DNA of 64,000 nt, from contig JBCCHT010000024.1 in assembly GCA_039028615.1 (NCBI GenBank), positions 1-64,000 on the forward strand, given 5' to 3'. Made by a program: the position numbers and the translations under genes. The stretch comes from Myxococcota bacterium. Lineage in GTDB: Bacteria; Myxococcota_A; Polyangia; Nannocystales; Nannocystaceae. The notes beneath the pieces were generated by a model. The model was not told the DNA's origin. It did not search any database and saw only the letters and a list, made by a program, of their open reading frames with translations. Every line of letters starts with the position of its first letter. Positions within the stretch are counted from its first letter, which is position 1. Below, in pieces: positions 49,854 through 59,323 of this stretch.

Positions 49854-50699
49854 ATGGGTCGAGCCGAGGCGCCGGGGGTCCACGCGATCGCCGTCCATCA
49901 CCGAAGCGGTCGGCTCGAGCCGCATGCCTCTCGGAGCCACTCATCGCATGTGCTCGGCTACATCGTGACCGGCGAGCTGCGGCTGCAGTACGGCGCCGTC
50001 ACGAGCGCCACCGCGGGCTGCATGGGCGTGATGCCGGCCGGCGTCCCGCACGAAGCCCTCGGAGGTCGTGGGGAGTGGTGGTTCGCCGAGTTCTGTGCGC
50101 CCTGTCATCAGCTCGACGAGATGCAGGCGCTCATGCGGCCCTTCGATCGCGTGCGCCGGGGCGCGACCCCCATCGTGCCCATCGCTGCGTCGCGTCGACG
50201 AAGGGTCGTTCGCCTGTTTCGCGACCTGCAGGAAGAATGCGAGCGGCGCGAGCCGGAGTCGCTGGACTTGGCTCGGAGCCTGCTCAACCTTTTGCTGGGC
50301 GAGGCGTGTCGCGCTGCGCCTCGCGTCGATCCGCCTGCGCCCAACGGCCTGGTCATCGACGCGCTGCAGTTCATTCAGCGCCGCGCGCTCGAGCCCATCT
50401 CGCTGCGCGACGTCGCCCGGGCGGTGCACCGCAGCCCCGCGCACGTGGCCGCCGTGGTCAAAGACGCGACGGGCCACACCGTGGGTGATTGGATTCGAGC
50501 CGCTCGGGTCGCCGAGGCCGCGTCGCTACTGGAGCACAGCAACGCCTCGCTCGACGCAATCGCGGAGCGGGTGGGGTGGCGCGACAAGACGCACTTCATT
50601 CGCCAGTTTCGCAAGGTGCAGGGACAGACTCCAGCCGCGTGGAGGCGAGCGCATCGACTCGGTGCGGCGGGGGATGGCACGAATGATCACGGGGATTGA
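49854..50699 (+). CDS. AraC family regulator
   Basis: Cupin N-terminus HASRSH; ISLRDVARAVHRS...IAERVGWRDKTHFIRQFRK. Confidence 0.92.
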   Translation: MGRAEAPGVHAIAVHHRSGRLEPHASRSHSSHVLGYIVTGELRLQYGAVTSATAGCMGVMPAGVPHEALGGRGEWWFAEFCAPCHQLDEMQALMRPFDRVRRGATPIVPIAASRRRRVVRLFRDLQEECERREPESLDLARSLLNLLLGEACRAAPRVDPPAPNGLVIDALQFIQRRALEPISLRDVARAVHRSPAHVAAVVKDATGHTVGDWIRAARVAEAASLLEHSNASLDAIAERVGWRDKTHFIRQFRKVQGQTPAAWRRAHRLGAAGDGTNDHGD

Positions 50700-53600
50700 C
50701 TGACGGAGGATCCCCTCGTTCCGCGGAGGCGCGTGAGGCCCGAGGCGATGCGGATCCGGCAGGGATGGCTTCAGGTGCGCCCCCGCCGGGGCCTGCTAAA
50801 CTCCCTGCCGGCGGAAGAGGTCCCCCTCAGGTCGTGAATTCCGAGTTCGATGAATCGCAAGACCTGGTAGAGACGCGGACCGGAGCCACCCCGTCCGCTC
50901 GCAAGGGCTCGCGGCGGCGCTCCGATGCGCTCGTACCCGGTATGCCGCTCGGTCGGTACACCATCCTCACCACCATCGGGGCGGGGGGCATGGGGGTCGT
51001 CTACGCTGCGTACGATCCCAATCTCGATCGCAAGGTCGCGATCAAGGTGCTCGGCTCCGAAGACAGTGACGCGGCCGCCCGGGCTCGGCTGGTTCGCGAG
51101 GGGCAGGCGCTCGCTCGGCTGACACATCCGAACGTGGTCACCGTGCACGAGGTCGGCGAGGTCGACGGGCGGGTGTTCCTCGCGATGGAGTATGTGCGGG
51201 GCTCGTCGCTCCTGGAGTGGCTGGCCGAGCGCCCCGACCCGGCGACGCGCCGCAAGGACGGCATCGCCGATCTGTTGCTGCAGGCGGGGGCGGGGCTCGA
51301 GGCAGCCCATCGCGCGGGGCTCATCCACCGCGACTTCAAGCCGGGCAACGTCATGGTCGGCGACGACGGGCGCGCCCGCGTGGTGGACTTCGGCCTGGCG
51401 CGGGCGGCCGAGAATGAAGGCATCCCGTTCGTCACCATCTCGAACTCCGAGCCGAGGTCGCCCGGATCCGGCGAACTCACGGCTACGGGCAAGGTGGTGG
51501 GCTCGCTGAAGTACATGGCGCCCGAGCAGTACGCCGGAGAGCGCCTCGACGCGCGCTGCGATCAGTTCTCGTTCTGCCTGGTGGTTCACGAGGCGCTGGC
51601 CGGGGTCTACCCCTTCACCGGGCGCACGCCCTTCGAGCTTCGCGAGGCGATGGAAGAGCGGAGCATCGAGCCGCCCTCGGCCGTCGACATGCCGGCGTCG
51701 TTGTGGAAGGCGGTCGAGCGCGGTTGTGCGTGGAAACCCGCTCGCCGCTTCTCGTCGCTCGAGCCGATCTTGGACGAGCTGCGGGCCTTCGCGGGCATCC
51801 AGCGTATCCGGGACCGCCCCATCTGGCGGGTCGCGGCGGTGTCGCTGGTGGTGGCGGGCGCGGTCGCCTTGGGCTCACGCGTGGCCGCGACCGACGAGGG
51901 CCCGACCTGCGACGACGGGGTGAGCCAGCTCGAAGTCGCCTGGGGAGCCGACCAGCGGGCGAAGGTCGAGGCGGCGCTGAGCAAGCCCGAGCTGAACGTC
52001 TCCGAAGATTCGACCGCGCGGGTGGTGGCGGCCCTCGACGACTACGGGCGGCGGTGGGCCGAGGTCTACGACGACTCATGTCGGGCGACCTGGCATCGCG
52101 GCGAGCAGTCGTCGGCGATGCTCGATCTCCGATCTCGCTGCTTGCGAAAGGCTCGCGCCGGTTTCGGCACGGTGGCCGAGCTGCTCGGCGATGCGGATGC
52201 CAGCCTCGCGGGCGGGCTCGACACGCTGCTCGAGTCGTTGCCATCGCTCCAGCGTTGCGTCAGTGAGACCGAGCTGGCCGCCATCCGGCAGCTCGACGAG
52301 CGGTACCCACCCCCTCCCCAAATCGACGAGTGGGAGCAAAAACTCGCTCGCGCCAACGTCCTGACGGTGGCGGCACGGGATTCCGAAGCCGAAGCGCTGT
52401 GGGCGGAGATCGAAGCGGGGCTGCAGACGCAGCCCTATCTGCCCGTCGAGGTCTCGATGCGGTCCGCTCGCTTGTTTCCGATCGCGATGGATCGCTCCGC
52501 CAAGGCGCGGACGGAGCTCGAGGAGACCTTTGCCGCTGCCCTCGAGACGGACCAGGTGTCGATCGCGATGGAGGTCGCCGCCCTGGGGGTCGTTCGCTCC
52601 ATTCAGATCGACGAGCGGTCGCAGGCCGAGTTTTGGATGCGCCTGGCCACGAGCCTCATGCAGCGCATCGACGACCCCATGGAGCACATTCGCATGGGGT
52701 TCATTCAGGGGTGGCTCGCCTCCACCGAAGCCCGCTACGACGACGCCAAGGAGCACTTCAATCGGGTCCTGAAGCTGACCGACGAGCATCCGTACCCCGA
52801 CTATCGCTCGCAGGCGCAGCAGGGGTTGGCGAGGATCCTTCGCAGCGAGGGGGCGTTGGTCGAGGCCGAAGCGATGGCCAAGGCCGCGCTGGAGACCATT
52901 CGCAGCAGCTACGCGCCCAACCAACAGATCGTGGCGCAGCAGCTCATGGCCCTGGGGTCGGTGGCTCACGATGCGGGGCGCCACGACGAGGCGCTGGCCT
53001 ATCGGCAGGAGGCGGTGAAGTTGTTTCGCGAGCACGGTCGCGGCGGCATGAATCTCTGCCTCGCGTTGGCGAGCCTCGGCGATTCGTTCCTCGTGCTCGG
53101 GTCCTATCCCGAGGCCCACGCCGCCTATACCGAGGCCAGAGACGAAGCGGCGGTGACCAACGGCCCCGACACGGAGCTGGTGGCCCTGAGCAACGTGGGG
53201 CTCGGCCAGGTGCTCTTCGAGCAGGGGCAGCTCGACGAATCTTGGTCGAACTTGCAGACGGCCTCGCGGCAGTACGAAGCGGCGGTCGGACTCGAGCATC
53301 CCGCCCTGGTCACGCTGCACCTGTCCGAGGGCGCGACCCTGCTCGAGCTCGGTCGCTTCGAAGACGCTGTACGCAAGTACGAGCGGGTGAACGAGCTGGC
53401 GGAGGAGGCCGACTACAAGACGGAGCTGGTGCTCGGCCACCAGGGTCTGGGTCTGGTGTATGAGCGCAAGGGCGAGCTTCCGCGTGCCACGGACTCGCTG
53501 CAGACCTCTCTCGCCGTGCTGGAGAAGATCGGCAGCGGCGGTCCGGGGGTGATCCTCGGGACTCGCCGCGCCCTGGGCGTCGTGCTGTCCAAGCGTGGCG

Positions 53601-53854
53601 AGTGGGCCAAGGCGGTCGAAGTGCTCGAGCCGCTAGTGGCGATGCACGTCGAGCAGGACAACGACCCCGGCGAGCTCACGCTGGCCCGCGGCCTGCTCGG
53701 GTGGGCATTGATCAACGCTGGCCGCGACGAGTCGCGAGGGCGTGCCTTGCTCGACGAGGCGCTGAAGGCTCGCGAAGGTCTGAAGCTGCCCGTCCAGCCC
53801 ATGGCCGCGTTCGAGTGGCTGGTGGCTGCCCAGCGCGAGCGCACCGAGCCCTAG
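50696..53854 (+). CDS. Ser/Thr protein kinase with TM helix and C-terminal TPR repeats
   Basis: IGAGGMGVVY, HRDFKPGN, DFGLAR, YMAPEQ; helical TPR array; true start uncertain (50696, 50765 or 50834). Confidence 0.93.
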   Translation: MTDGGSPRSAEAREARGDADPAGMASGAPPPGPAKLPAGGRGPPQVVNSEFDESQDLVETRTGATPSARKGSRRRSDALVPGMPLGRYTILTTIGAGGMGVVYAAYDPNLDRKVAIKVLGSEDSDAAARARLVREGQALARLTHPNVVTVHEVGEVDGRVFLAMEYVRGSSLLEWLAERPDPATRRKDGIADLLLQAGAGLEAAHRAGLIHRDFKPGNVMVGDDGRARVVDFGLARAAENEGIPFVTISNSEPRSPGSGELTATGKVVGSLKYMAPEQYAGERLDARCDQFSFCLVVHEALAGVYPFTGRTPFELREAMEERSIEPPSAVDMPASLWKAVERGCAWKPARRFSSLEPILDELRAFAGIQRIRDRPIWRVAAVSLVVAGAVALGSRVAATDEGPTCDDGVSQLEVAWGADQRAKVEAALSKPELNVSEDSTARVVAALDDYGRRWAEVYDDSCRATWHRGEQSSAMLDLRSRCLRKARAGFGTVAELLGDADASLAGGLDTLLESLPSLQRCVSETELAAIRQLDERYPPPPQIDEWEQKLARANVLTVAARDSEAEALWAEIEAGLQTQPYLPVEVSMRSARLFPIAMDRSAKARTELEETFAAALETDQVSIAMEVAALGVVRSIQIDERSQAEFWMRLATSLMQRIDDPMEHIRMGFIQGWLASTEARYDDAKEHFNRVLKLTDEHPYPDYRSQAQQGLARILRSEGALVEAEAMAKAALETIRSSYAPNQQIVAQQLMALGSVAHDAGRHDEALAYRQEAVKLFREHGRGGMNLCLALASLGDSFLVLGSYPEAHAAYTEARDEAAVTNGPDTELVALSNVGLGQVLFEQGQLDESWSNLQTASRQYEAAVGLEHPALVTLHLSEGATLLELGRFEDAVRKYERVNELAEEADYKTELVLGHQGLGLVYERKGELPRATDSLQTSLAVLEKIGSGGPGVILGTRRALGVVLSKRGEWAKAVEVLEPLVAMHVEQDNDPGELTLARGLLGWALINAGRDESRGRALLDEALKAREGLKLPVQPMAAFEWLVAAQRERTEP

Positions 53855-55086
53855 AACCCGCGTCGACGACGGAGGCCCGCCACTCCGAGCAGGGCGAGAG
53901 CCATCAGCCACGGCGACGATCGGCGCTCGCTCGGGTCGCTGTTGCACGCACAGCCCTCGCTCGCACCGTCTCCCGTCGCGTTCGGGCCCACGCCCGTGTC
54001 TTCGGCACCGCCCGCGCTCGAGTCGAAGCCGTGCCCGGTCAGGCCTTCGTCAGCGCTTCCCGAACCGCGTGTATCGTCGCCGCTTTCGTCGGCCCCGGGC
54101 ACGGGATCGCCCCAGGGATCACATCGCTCGGAGTCCCAGCGATCGCCGTCATGCTCGCAGACGTAGGGCTGACCTTCGCAGCCGAAGAGCCCCCCCGGAT
54201 TCTCGATCGGGTGGTCGCCCAACACGTCGGCCATGCCCTCGCCAAAGCACTGCTCGGGCCCCTCCCAGAGCACACCGCGGGCGAGGCTCACCACTTCCAT
54301 GCGCGCGCACATCGGTTCATGGGCCCACAAATCGGCCGTGGTTTCCCCTCGGGGAGCGTTGTCGAACTCTTCTCCGTCGGTCCTCACCATGCGCACGACG
54401 ATGTCGGCTTCGACGTGGGACTCGAGCTCGATTGGGGGCAGCTCGCCGTGGACATGCAACGTGCCGCGGTTCACCACCGACGAACACTCGCCTTCGAACC
54501 AGCGCAGCTCGCCACAGTCGTCGAGGCTCGGGTACGCGTCGTCGCAGCACACGACCGTATCGAGGTCGTGGGCCTCGGCCACGGACGATTCCTCGCTCAT
54601 GACGGGGTCCTCGAACGCAAGCTCGGGCAGCGGCTCCAAGGTGGTCGTGACGCTGCGGGCCGCTTGCGAGTCGCCGATGCAATGAACGCCCTCCGGATCG
54701 ACCGCGTCCGAGATCGCGTCGTTGTCGATGCCGATGCTGACCGAGTGCTCCGTGCCCGGCGCGAGGGGGGCATTGGGGCGCCACACCACGATGTCGAGGG
54801 CTTCGTCGTACTCGAGGGCCCCGTCGACGGCGCTGGAGTTGGCGAAGACGCGTACGTCCACGAACGGCAGCACCGGTTCCAGACCTGCCGAGCCCCCGTA
54901 TTGCACCGCGTGGAAGCGAATGACCCCATCGGGGGCGAGGGTCGACACGGCGGGCTCGAATTCCTCCAATCCGTTGGAGCAGGAGCACTGATCGAAGGTG
55001 GGGCGACACTGAGTCGATGCCCACGCGGTGGCGGGAACCGAGGCCACGAGGGCCATGACGACGACGACGAGCGAGGGACGGAGCAT
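53851..55086 (-). CDS. MYXO-CTERM sorting-domain surface protein
   Basis: Signal peptide; Cys-rich body; C-terminus EGCAC...PWLMALALLGVAGLRRRR. Confidence 0.85.
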   Translation of the reverse strand: MLRPSLVVVVMALVASVPATAWASTQCRPTFDQCSCSNGLEEFEPAVSTLAPDGVIRFHAVQYGGSAGLEPVLPFVDVRVFANSSAVDGALEYDEALDIVVWRPNAPLAPGTEHSVSIGIDNDAISDAVDPEGVHCIGDSQAARSVTTTLEPLPELAFEDPVMSEESSVAEAHDLDTVVCCDDAYPSLDDCGELRWFEGECSSVVNRGTLHVHGELPPIELESHVEADIVVRMVRTDGEEFDNAPRGETTADLWAHEPMCARMEVVSLARGVLWEGPEQCFGEGMADVLGDHPIENPGGLFGCEGQPYVCEHDGDRWDSERCDPWGDPVPGADESGDDTRGSGSADEGLTGHGFDSSAGGAEDTGVGPNATGDGASEGCACNSDPSERRSSPWLMALALLGVAGLRRRRGF

Positions 55087-55292
55087 CGGTATCTCGTGGG
55101 TGTCCGCCCGATTGCGTTTCCGTCACGGGCCTACGGCAATGATTCGAAGGGACTCCGCGTGATCGGCTCGGCAACCGCCGACGGCGAGACGGCGACGCAT
55201 GGGAAGGGCGGCCGGTCGACCGGGCGAAACGTCGCGGACCCGTGATCCGATCCTGGCCTCGGGGCTCTACCCGGGCGAAGGACGACATCTCG

Positions 55293-55877
55293 ATGCCCTG
55301 GTCCCACTCCGTCTTCGACACGCTGATCGAGCACTACGTTCGTGAGCTGCAACCTTCTTCGATGCTCGACATCGGTGCCGGGGCCGGAAAGTACGGCGCC
55401 ATGGCGCGGCGGGTGAGCCCGCAGACCTGGACGGTCGGGGTCGAGATGCAATCCGAGTACGTCGAGCACTTCGAGCTCGAGAGCATCTACGACGAGGTGG
55501 TGGTGGGCCGAGCCGAGGACATCTTCTTGGACGAGCCCGACGTGGTGACGGACCTGGTGATCTTCGGCGACAGCATCGAGCACATGCGCAAGTCGGTGGG
55601 CGTCGACTTGTTGCATTACTTCGCCTACCGCAGTCGGTGCATCATCTGTGTGTACCCGACCAAGTACGTGCAGTACTCGCTCGACGGGCGTGCGGCCGAG
55701 GCCCATGTCTCGGTCTGGGGCCCCCAGGATTTCGGGTACTTCGACACCGAGCATCGCGAGCACGAAGGCATGAATCTCGCGCTGGTGACCGGCTTTCTCG
55801 CGGACCCCGAGGCCACGCTGGCCACCGACGGCGCCCAGCCGCTGGGGCCCACCCCCGGGGTCGCCAAGGCCAGCTGA
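55293..55877 (+). CDS. Class I SAM-dependent methyltransferase-like protein
   Basis: MLDIGAGAGKYG motif I; DLVIFGDSIEHM. Confidence 0.85.
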   Translation: MPWSHSVFDTLIEHYVRELQPSSMLDIGAGAGKYGAMARRVSPQTWTVGVEMQSEYVEHFELESIYDEVVVGRAEDIFLDEPDVVTDLVIFGDSIEHMRKSVGVDLLHYFAYRSRCIICVYPTKYVQYSLDGRAAEAHVSVWGPQDFGYFDTEHREHEGMNLALVTGFLADPEATLATDGAQPLGPTPGVAKAS

Positions 55878-55991
55878 CGGCGGCGTGCCCCGCTCGGTCG
55901 ACGCTGAAGCAATCGGGGCAAAACCGGCCGTTTTCCCGCGGTCGGCCCTCTCTTATGCTCCGATTCGCCTGCGGGCCCTCGGAGCCACGTC

Positions 55992-56930
55992 ATGTCCACC
56001 AACGAGATCATCCACGTCTTGGGCGTTCCCATGGATCACGGTGCCGGGCGCCGCGGAGTCGGCATGGGCCCTTCGGCGATACGGGTGGCGGGGCTGCACG
56101 CTCGGCTCGAGCGCCTGGGCTACCGGGTGACCGACCACGGCGATCTCAGCATTCCCGCGCCCGAGACGGAGCCGCACGGGGAGGAGAATGCCAAGTTCCT
56201 GTCGCTCATCACCGCGACCTGCGTCGAGCTGGCCGAGGCCGTGCCCGGGATGTTCGAGGGCAGCGGGCTGCCGCTGGTGCTGGGTGGTGACCACTCGATC
56301 GCGGTGGGGACGATCGCGGGGGTCGCTCAGGAGCTTCATCGTCGCGAGGGCACCACGCCGGAGGGGCCGCCTCCGCTGGGGGTCATTTGGTTCGATGCGC
56401 ACGGCGACATCAACCGCCCCGAGACCTCGCCCAGCGGCAACATTCACGGCATGCCCGTGTCCTGCTTGTTGGGGCAGGGGCCGGCCTCGCTCACCGATTT
56501 GGGTTATCCCGCGCCCAAGGTCACGCCCAAGACCTTCTGCCAGATCGGCCTGCGCGACATCGACGAGGTCGAGCGTCGCCTGCTGCTCGAGTCGGGGATC
56601 CACACCTTCACCATGTCGGACATCGACCGCCGCGGCATGTTCTCCGTGATGGAAGAGGCGTTGCGCCTGGCCACCGACGGCACCTCGATGCTGCACTGCA
56701 GCTTCGACATCGACTCGGTCGATCCGCGCGTGGCTCCGGGCACGGGCACGCCGAAGCTGGGCGGCCTGACCTACCGCGAGGCGCACCTGGCCCTGGAGAT
56801 GATCGCGGAGTCGGGCAAGCTGACCAGCATGGAGATGGTGGAGGTCAACCCCACGCTCGACGACGCCAACAAGACGGCCGAGCTGGCGGTGGAGCTCATC
56901 GGCTCTGCCCTCGGGGCTCGGATTCTCTGA
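55992..56930 (+). CDS. rocF: Arginase
   Basis: GVGMGPSAIR, LGGDHSIA, DAHGDIN, SPSGNIHGMP, SFDIDSVDP, PGTGT, VEVNP. Confidence 0.95.
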   Translation: MSTNEIIHVLGVPMDHGAGRRGVGMGPSAIRVAGLHARLERLGYRVTDHGDLSIPAPETEPHGEENAKFLSLITATCVELAEAVPGMFEGSGLPLVLGGDHSIAVGTIAGVAQELHRREGTTPEGPPPLGVIWFDAHGDINRPETSPSGNIHGMPVSCLLGQGPASLTDLGYPAPKVTPKTFCQIGLRDIDEVERRLLLESGIHTFTMSDIDRRGMFSVMEEALRLATDGTSMLHCSFDIDSVDPRVAPGTGTPKLGGLTYREAHLALEMIAESGKLTSMEMVEVNPTLDDANKTAELAVELIGSALGARIL

Positions 56931-56954
56931 GCCCCGGGCGTCGGGTCTCGGGCC

Positions 56955-57404
56955 TCAGGCCGCGACCGCGTTCTCCTGGAAGCGGGTCTTTCGCTTGGTC
57001 GCGAAGCGCACGATCACGTAGGCCAGCAGCCCCAGGGGTCCGAGCATCAGCGTCAGGATGAGGCAGGGGACGACGAACAAGTGCGGCACCCCGTGGCGTC
57101 GCGCGTCGCGAGACTCCCACGCGCCGATGAACAGATCGAAGATCAGGTAGTGGATCCAGCCGCCCACCACGTTGTGCGGCACGCTGAAGCCTCGGACCAC
57201 GGCATCGAGGGTCGAGAAGTCGAGGGGCTCGGAGGGGCCGGGGTAGCCGAAGAGCATATAGGCGTAGAGGGGTGCCAGCAGCACCACCGCGATGGGTCCG
57301 TGCACGAGGACGTCGGTCCCGCGCCACCGCGGGGCGACGAGCAGCAGGAGCCAAAAGGGCATGACCGAGGCGTTCGCGATGGAGAAGATCGTGTCGGCGT
57401 TCAT
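56955..57404 (-). CDS. ABA4-like (DUF4281) membrane protein
   Basis: PFWLLLLVAPRW, GWIHYLIFDLFIG, LTLMLGPLGLL. Confidence 0.9.
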   Translation of the reverse strand: MNADTIFSIANASVMPFWLLLLVAPRWRGTDVLVHGPIAVVLLAPLYAYMLFGYPGPSEPLDFSTLDAVVRGFSVPHNVVGGWIHYLIFDLFIGAWESRDARRHGVPHLFVVPCLILTLMLGPLGLLAYVIVRFATKRKTRFQENAVAA

Positions 57405-57747
57405 GATGGGGCGACTTCACCGAAGTCGAACTCGATCTTCCCACGCCTGGTCGAAGGCTGCTGGGCGGCTGCGAACATCGCCCCCAGGCGGCGAAAAACC
57501 GCAGCCTCGGGCCGTTGTCGATGCCGATCGATCGAGCGGCCGAGCAGCGTCGCGCACTCCCGGTTTTCCCTGATCCGCTGGCCCCTTTCGGGCGACCGCC
57601 ATCGGTGGCTTTTGCGTCCTCGGCCACGGCGCCGTGCGGGAGTTGCCGCGGCGCTGGAGCCTCCGGGTACCTTCAGTCGACCACGTTCTCCTACAACGTT
57701 GCGGGATCGTTTTCTTCTCGTCGTCGGCACGTCGTGGGGGTCGTGAC

Positions 57748-57763
57748 TGGCACACCGACTGCA
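57748..57763 (+). promoter_or_regulatory. Candidate sigma54 promoter
   Basis: TGGCACACCGACTGCA: GG-N10-GC spacing with TGGCAC at -24, about 130 nt upstream of ATG 57890. Confidence 0.55.
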
Positions 57764-57889
57764 CATTGGTCGCGCGAATCGAACCGAGGGTCCCGGTCCG
57801 TGGTTCGCACGTCTCCCGTGTGCGAGCCAGTCGCGAGTGTTCGTCGGCGAGGCCTGCGGTTCGGCACGCAACGCAAAAGCGAAAACCAC

Positions 57890-59302
57890 ATGATCAACGG
57901 AACTCTCCTCGTTTCCCACCAAGTGTCCTTCCTCGTTCGAATCTCTCCCGCGGCCGCGCTCGGAGCCATGCTCTGGGCTCCGCTGGCCACGGCCCATGCC
58001 GCCACGTTTCATGTCGATGGAGCGGCCGGCTCGGATGCCAATGGCGGCACCTCGGCCGCTCCCTTTGCCACCATTCAACGCGCCATCGACGAAGCCGACG
58101 AGTCCACCACGCCTGGCGCCGACACCATCATCATCGAAGAAGGCACCTATGAAGAAATCCTGACCATCGAAGACGACGACGCGCTGACGCTCCAGGGCAA
58201 CGGTGACGTGATCTTCGACGGTGACGAAGATGCCGACGGCTACTATGGGTTCAACGCCATCATCGTCACGGATACCGACCTGACCCTGGAGCGGATGACC
58301 ATCACCGACGATGCCAACGAGGCGACCTTCCATGTCGACCAGGATGGGGGGGCGCTGACCCTGACCGATGTCGACTTCATCGGCGGCGGGCGCTTCGCGG
58401 TGATGGCCCGCGGCCTCGATGCGCTGACCGTATCCGGCAGCACCTTCACCGGTTTCTACCAGTCGGCCATCGATGCCGAAGCGGACGCGATCACCATCAC
58501 CAACAGCACGCTGTCCGACAACGGCTGGTACGGGCTCTATCTCGGCGGATTCACCACGCTCCAGCTCACCCAGGTCGACGCCGACGACAACGGACAATCG
58601 GGCATCTACATGTCGGCCAGCAGCTCGGAGACGGAGGACGTCACCATTCAGAACAGCAGCTTCGACGGCAACGGGATTCACGGCATCTCGGGCAGTCCCG
58701 ATACGATGACGATCAGCAATACGACCGCGAGCGACAACAACGCGTTCGGCCTGAGCATGTATGTCGATGACCTGACCTTGTCCAATGTCGTCGTCAGCAA
58801 CAACCTGAGCAACTTCATCGGGGGCGAGCTGATCGACATCTCCAACCTGACGGCCAACGCCAATACCTATGCCGGCTTGAGCCTGAGCGCCGACGATGTA
58901 TCCATCTCCTCGTTGACCCTCGACGGCAACGGTAGCTACGGGACGTATATCAGCGGTGGTGCCCACGACTTCGCCAATGTCCAGGCCACGAACAACGTGG
59001 CGGGCGGCGTGTTCATCGACCGCGCCGACGACGTCTCGCTGTCGGCGATGAACATTCAGAGCAACGGGGGCGACGGGCTGTTCATCGACCGCTCGGGTGA
59101 CGTCGTGCTGCAGAACCTCAACGCACCGAACAACGGGGGCGACGGCATCCATGTCGAGGATTCCGGCACGGTCGACCTGTCGGGCGCCAACGCCAACAAC
59201 AACGGCGACGATGGCCTCGAGGTGCTGCGCTCGGGAGCGGTGACCCAGTCGGGCTCGAACTTCAACAACAACGGCGGGGACAACGTCTCCATCGTCCCCT
59301 GA
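57890..59302 (+). CDS. Secreted right-handed parallel beta-helix protein (DUF1565-like N-terminus)
   Basis: Signal ending AHA; GSDANGGTSAAPFATIQRAI; EGTYEE; about 22-aa repeats with NxGDGL/I. Confidence 0.88.
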   Translation: MINGTLLVSHQVSFLVRISPAAALGAMLWAPLATAHAATFHVDGAAGSDANGGTSAAPFATIQRAIDEADESTTPGADTIIIEEGTYEEILTIEDDDALTLQGNGDVIFDGDEDADGYYGFNAIIVTDTDLTLERMTITDDANEATFHVDQDGGALTLTDVDFIGGGRFAVMARGLDALTVSGSTFTGFYQSAIDAEADAITITNSTLSDNGWYGLYLGGFTTLQLTQVDADDNGQSGIYMSASSSETEDVTIQNSSFDGNGIHGISGSPDTMTISNTTASDNNAFGLSMYVDDLTLSNVVVSNNLSNFIGGELIDISNLTANANTYAGLSLSADDVSISSLTLDGNGSYGTYISGGAHDFANVQATNNVAGGVFIDRADDVSLSAMNIQSNGGDGLFIDRSGDVVLQNLNAPNNGGDGIHVEDSGTVDLSGANANNNGDDGLEVLRSGAVTQSGSNFNNNGGDNVSIVP

Positions 59303-59323
59303 GCCGCCGCGGCCGACCCGGCC

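Noticed and set aside
53851..53854. Convergent genes sharing a CTAG stop (also at 8393-8396)
   Set aside because: A common compact arrangement with no evidence of special function.
55293..55877. Methyltransferase as part of the MNIO pathway
   Set aside because: It lies 44 kb away with no linkage evidence.
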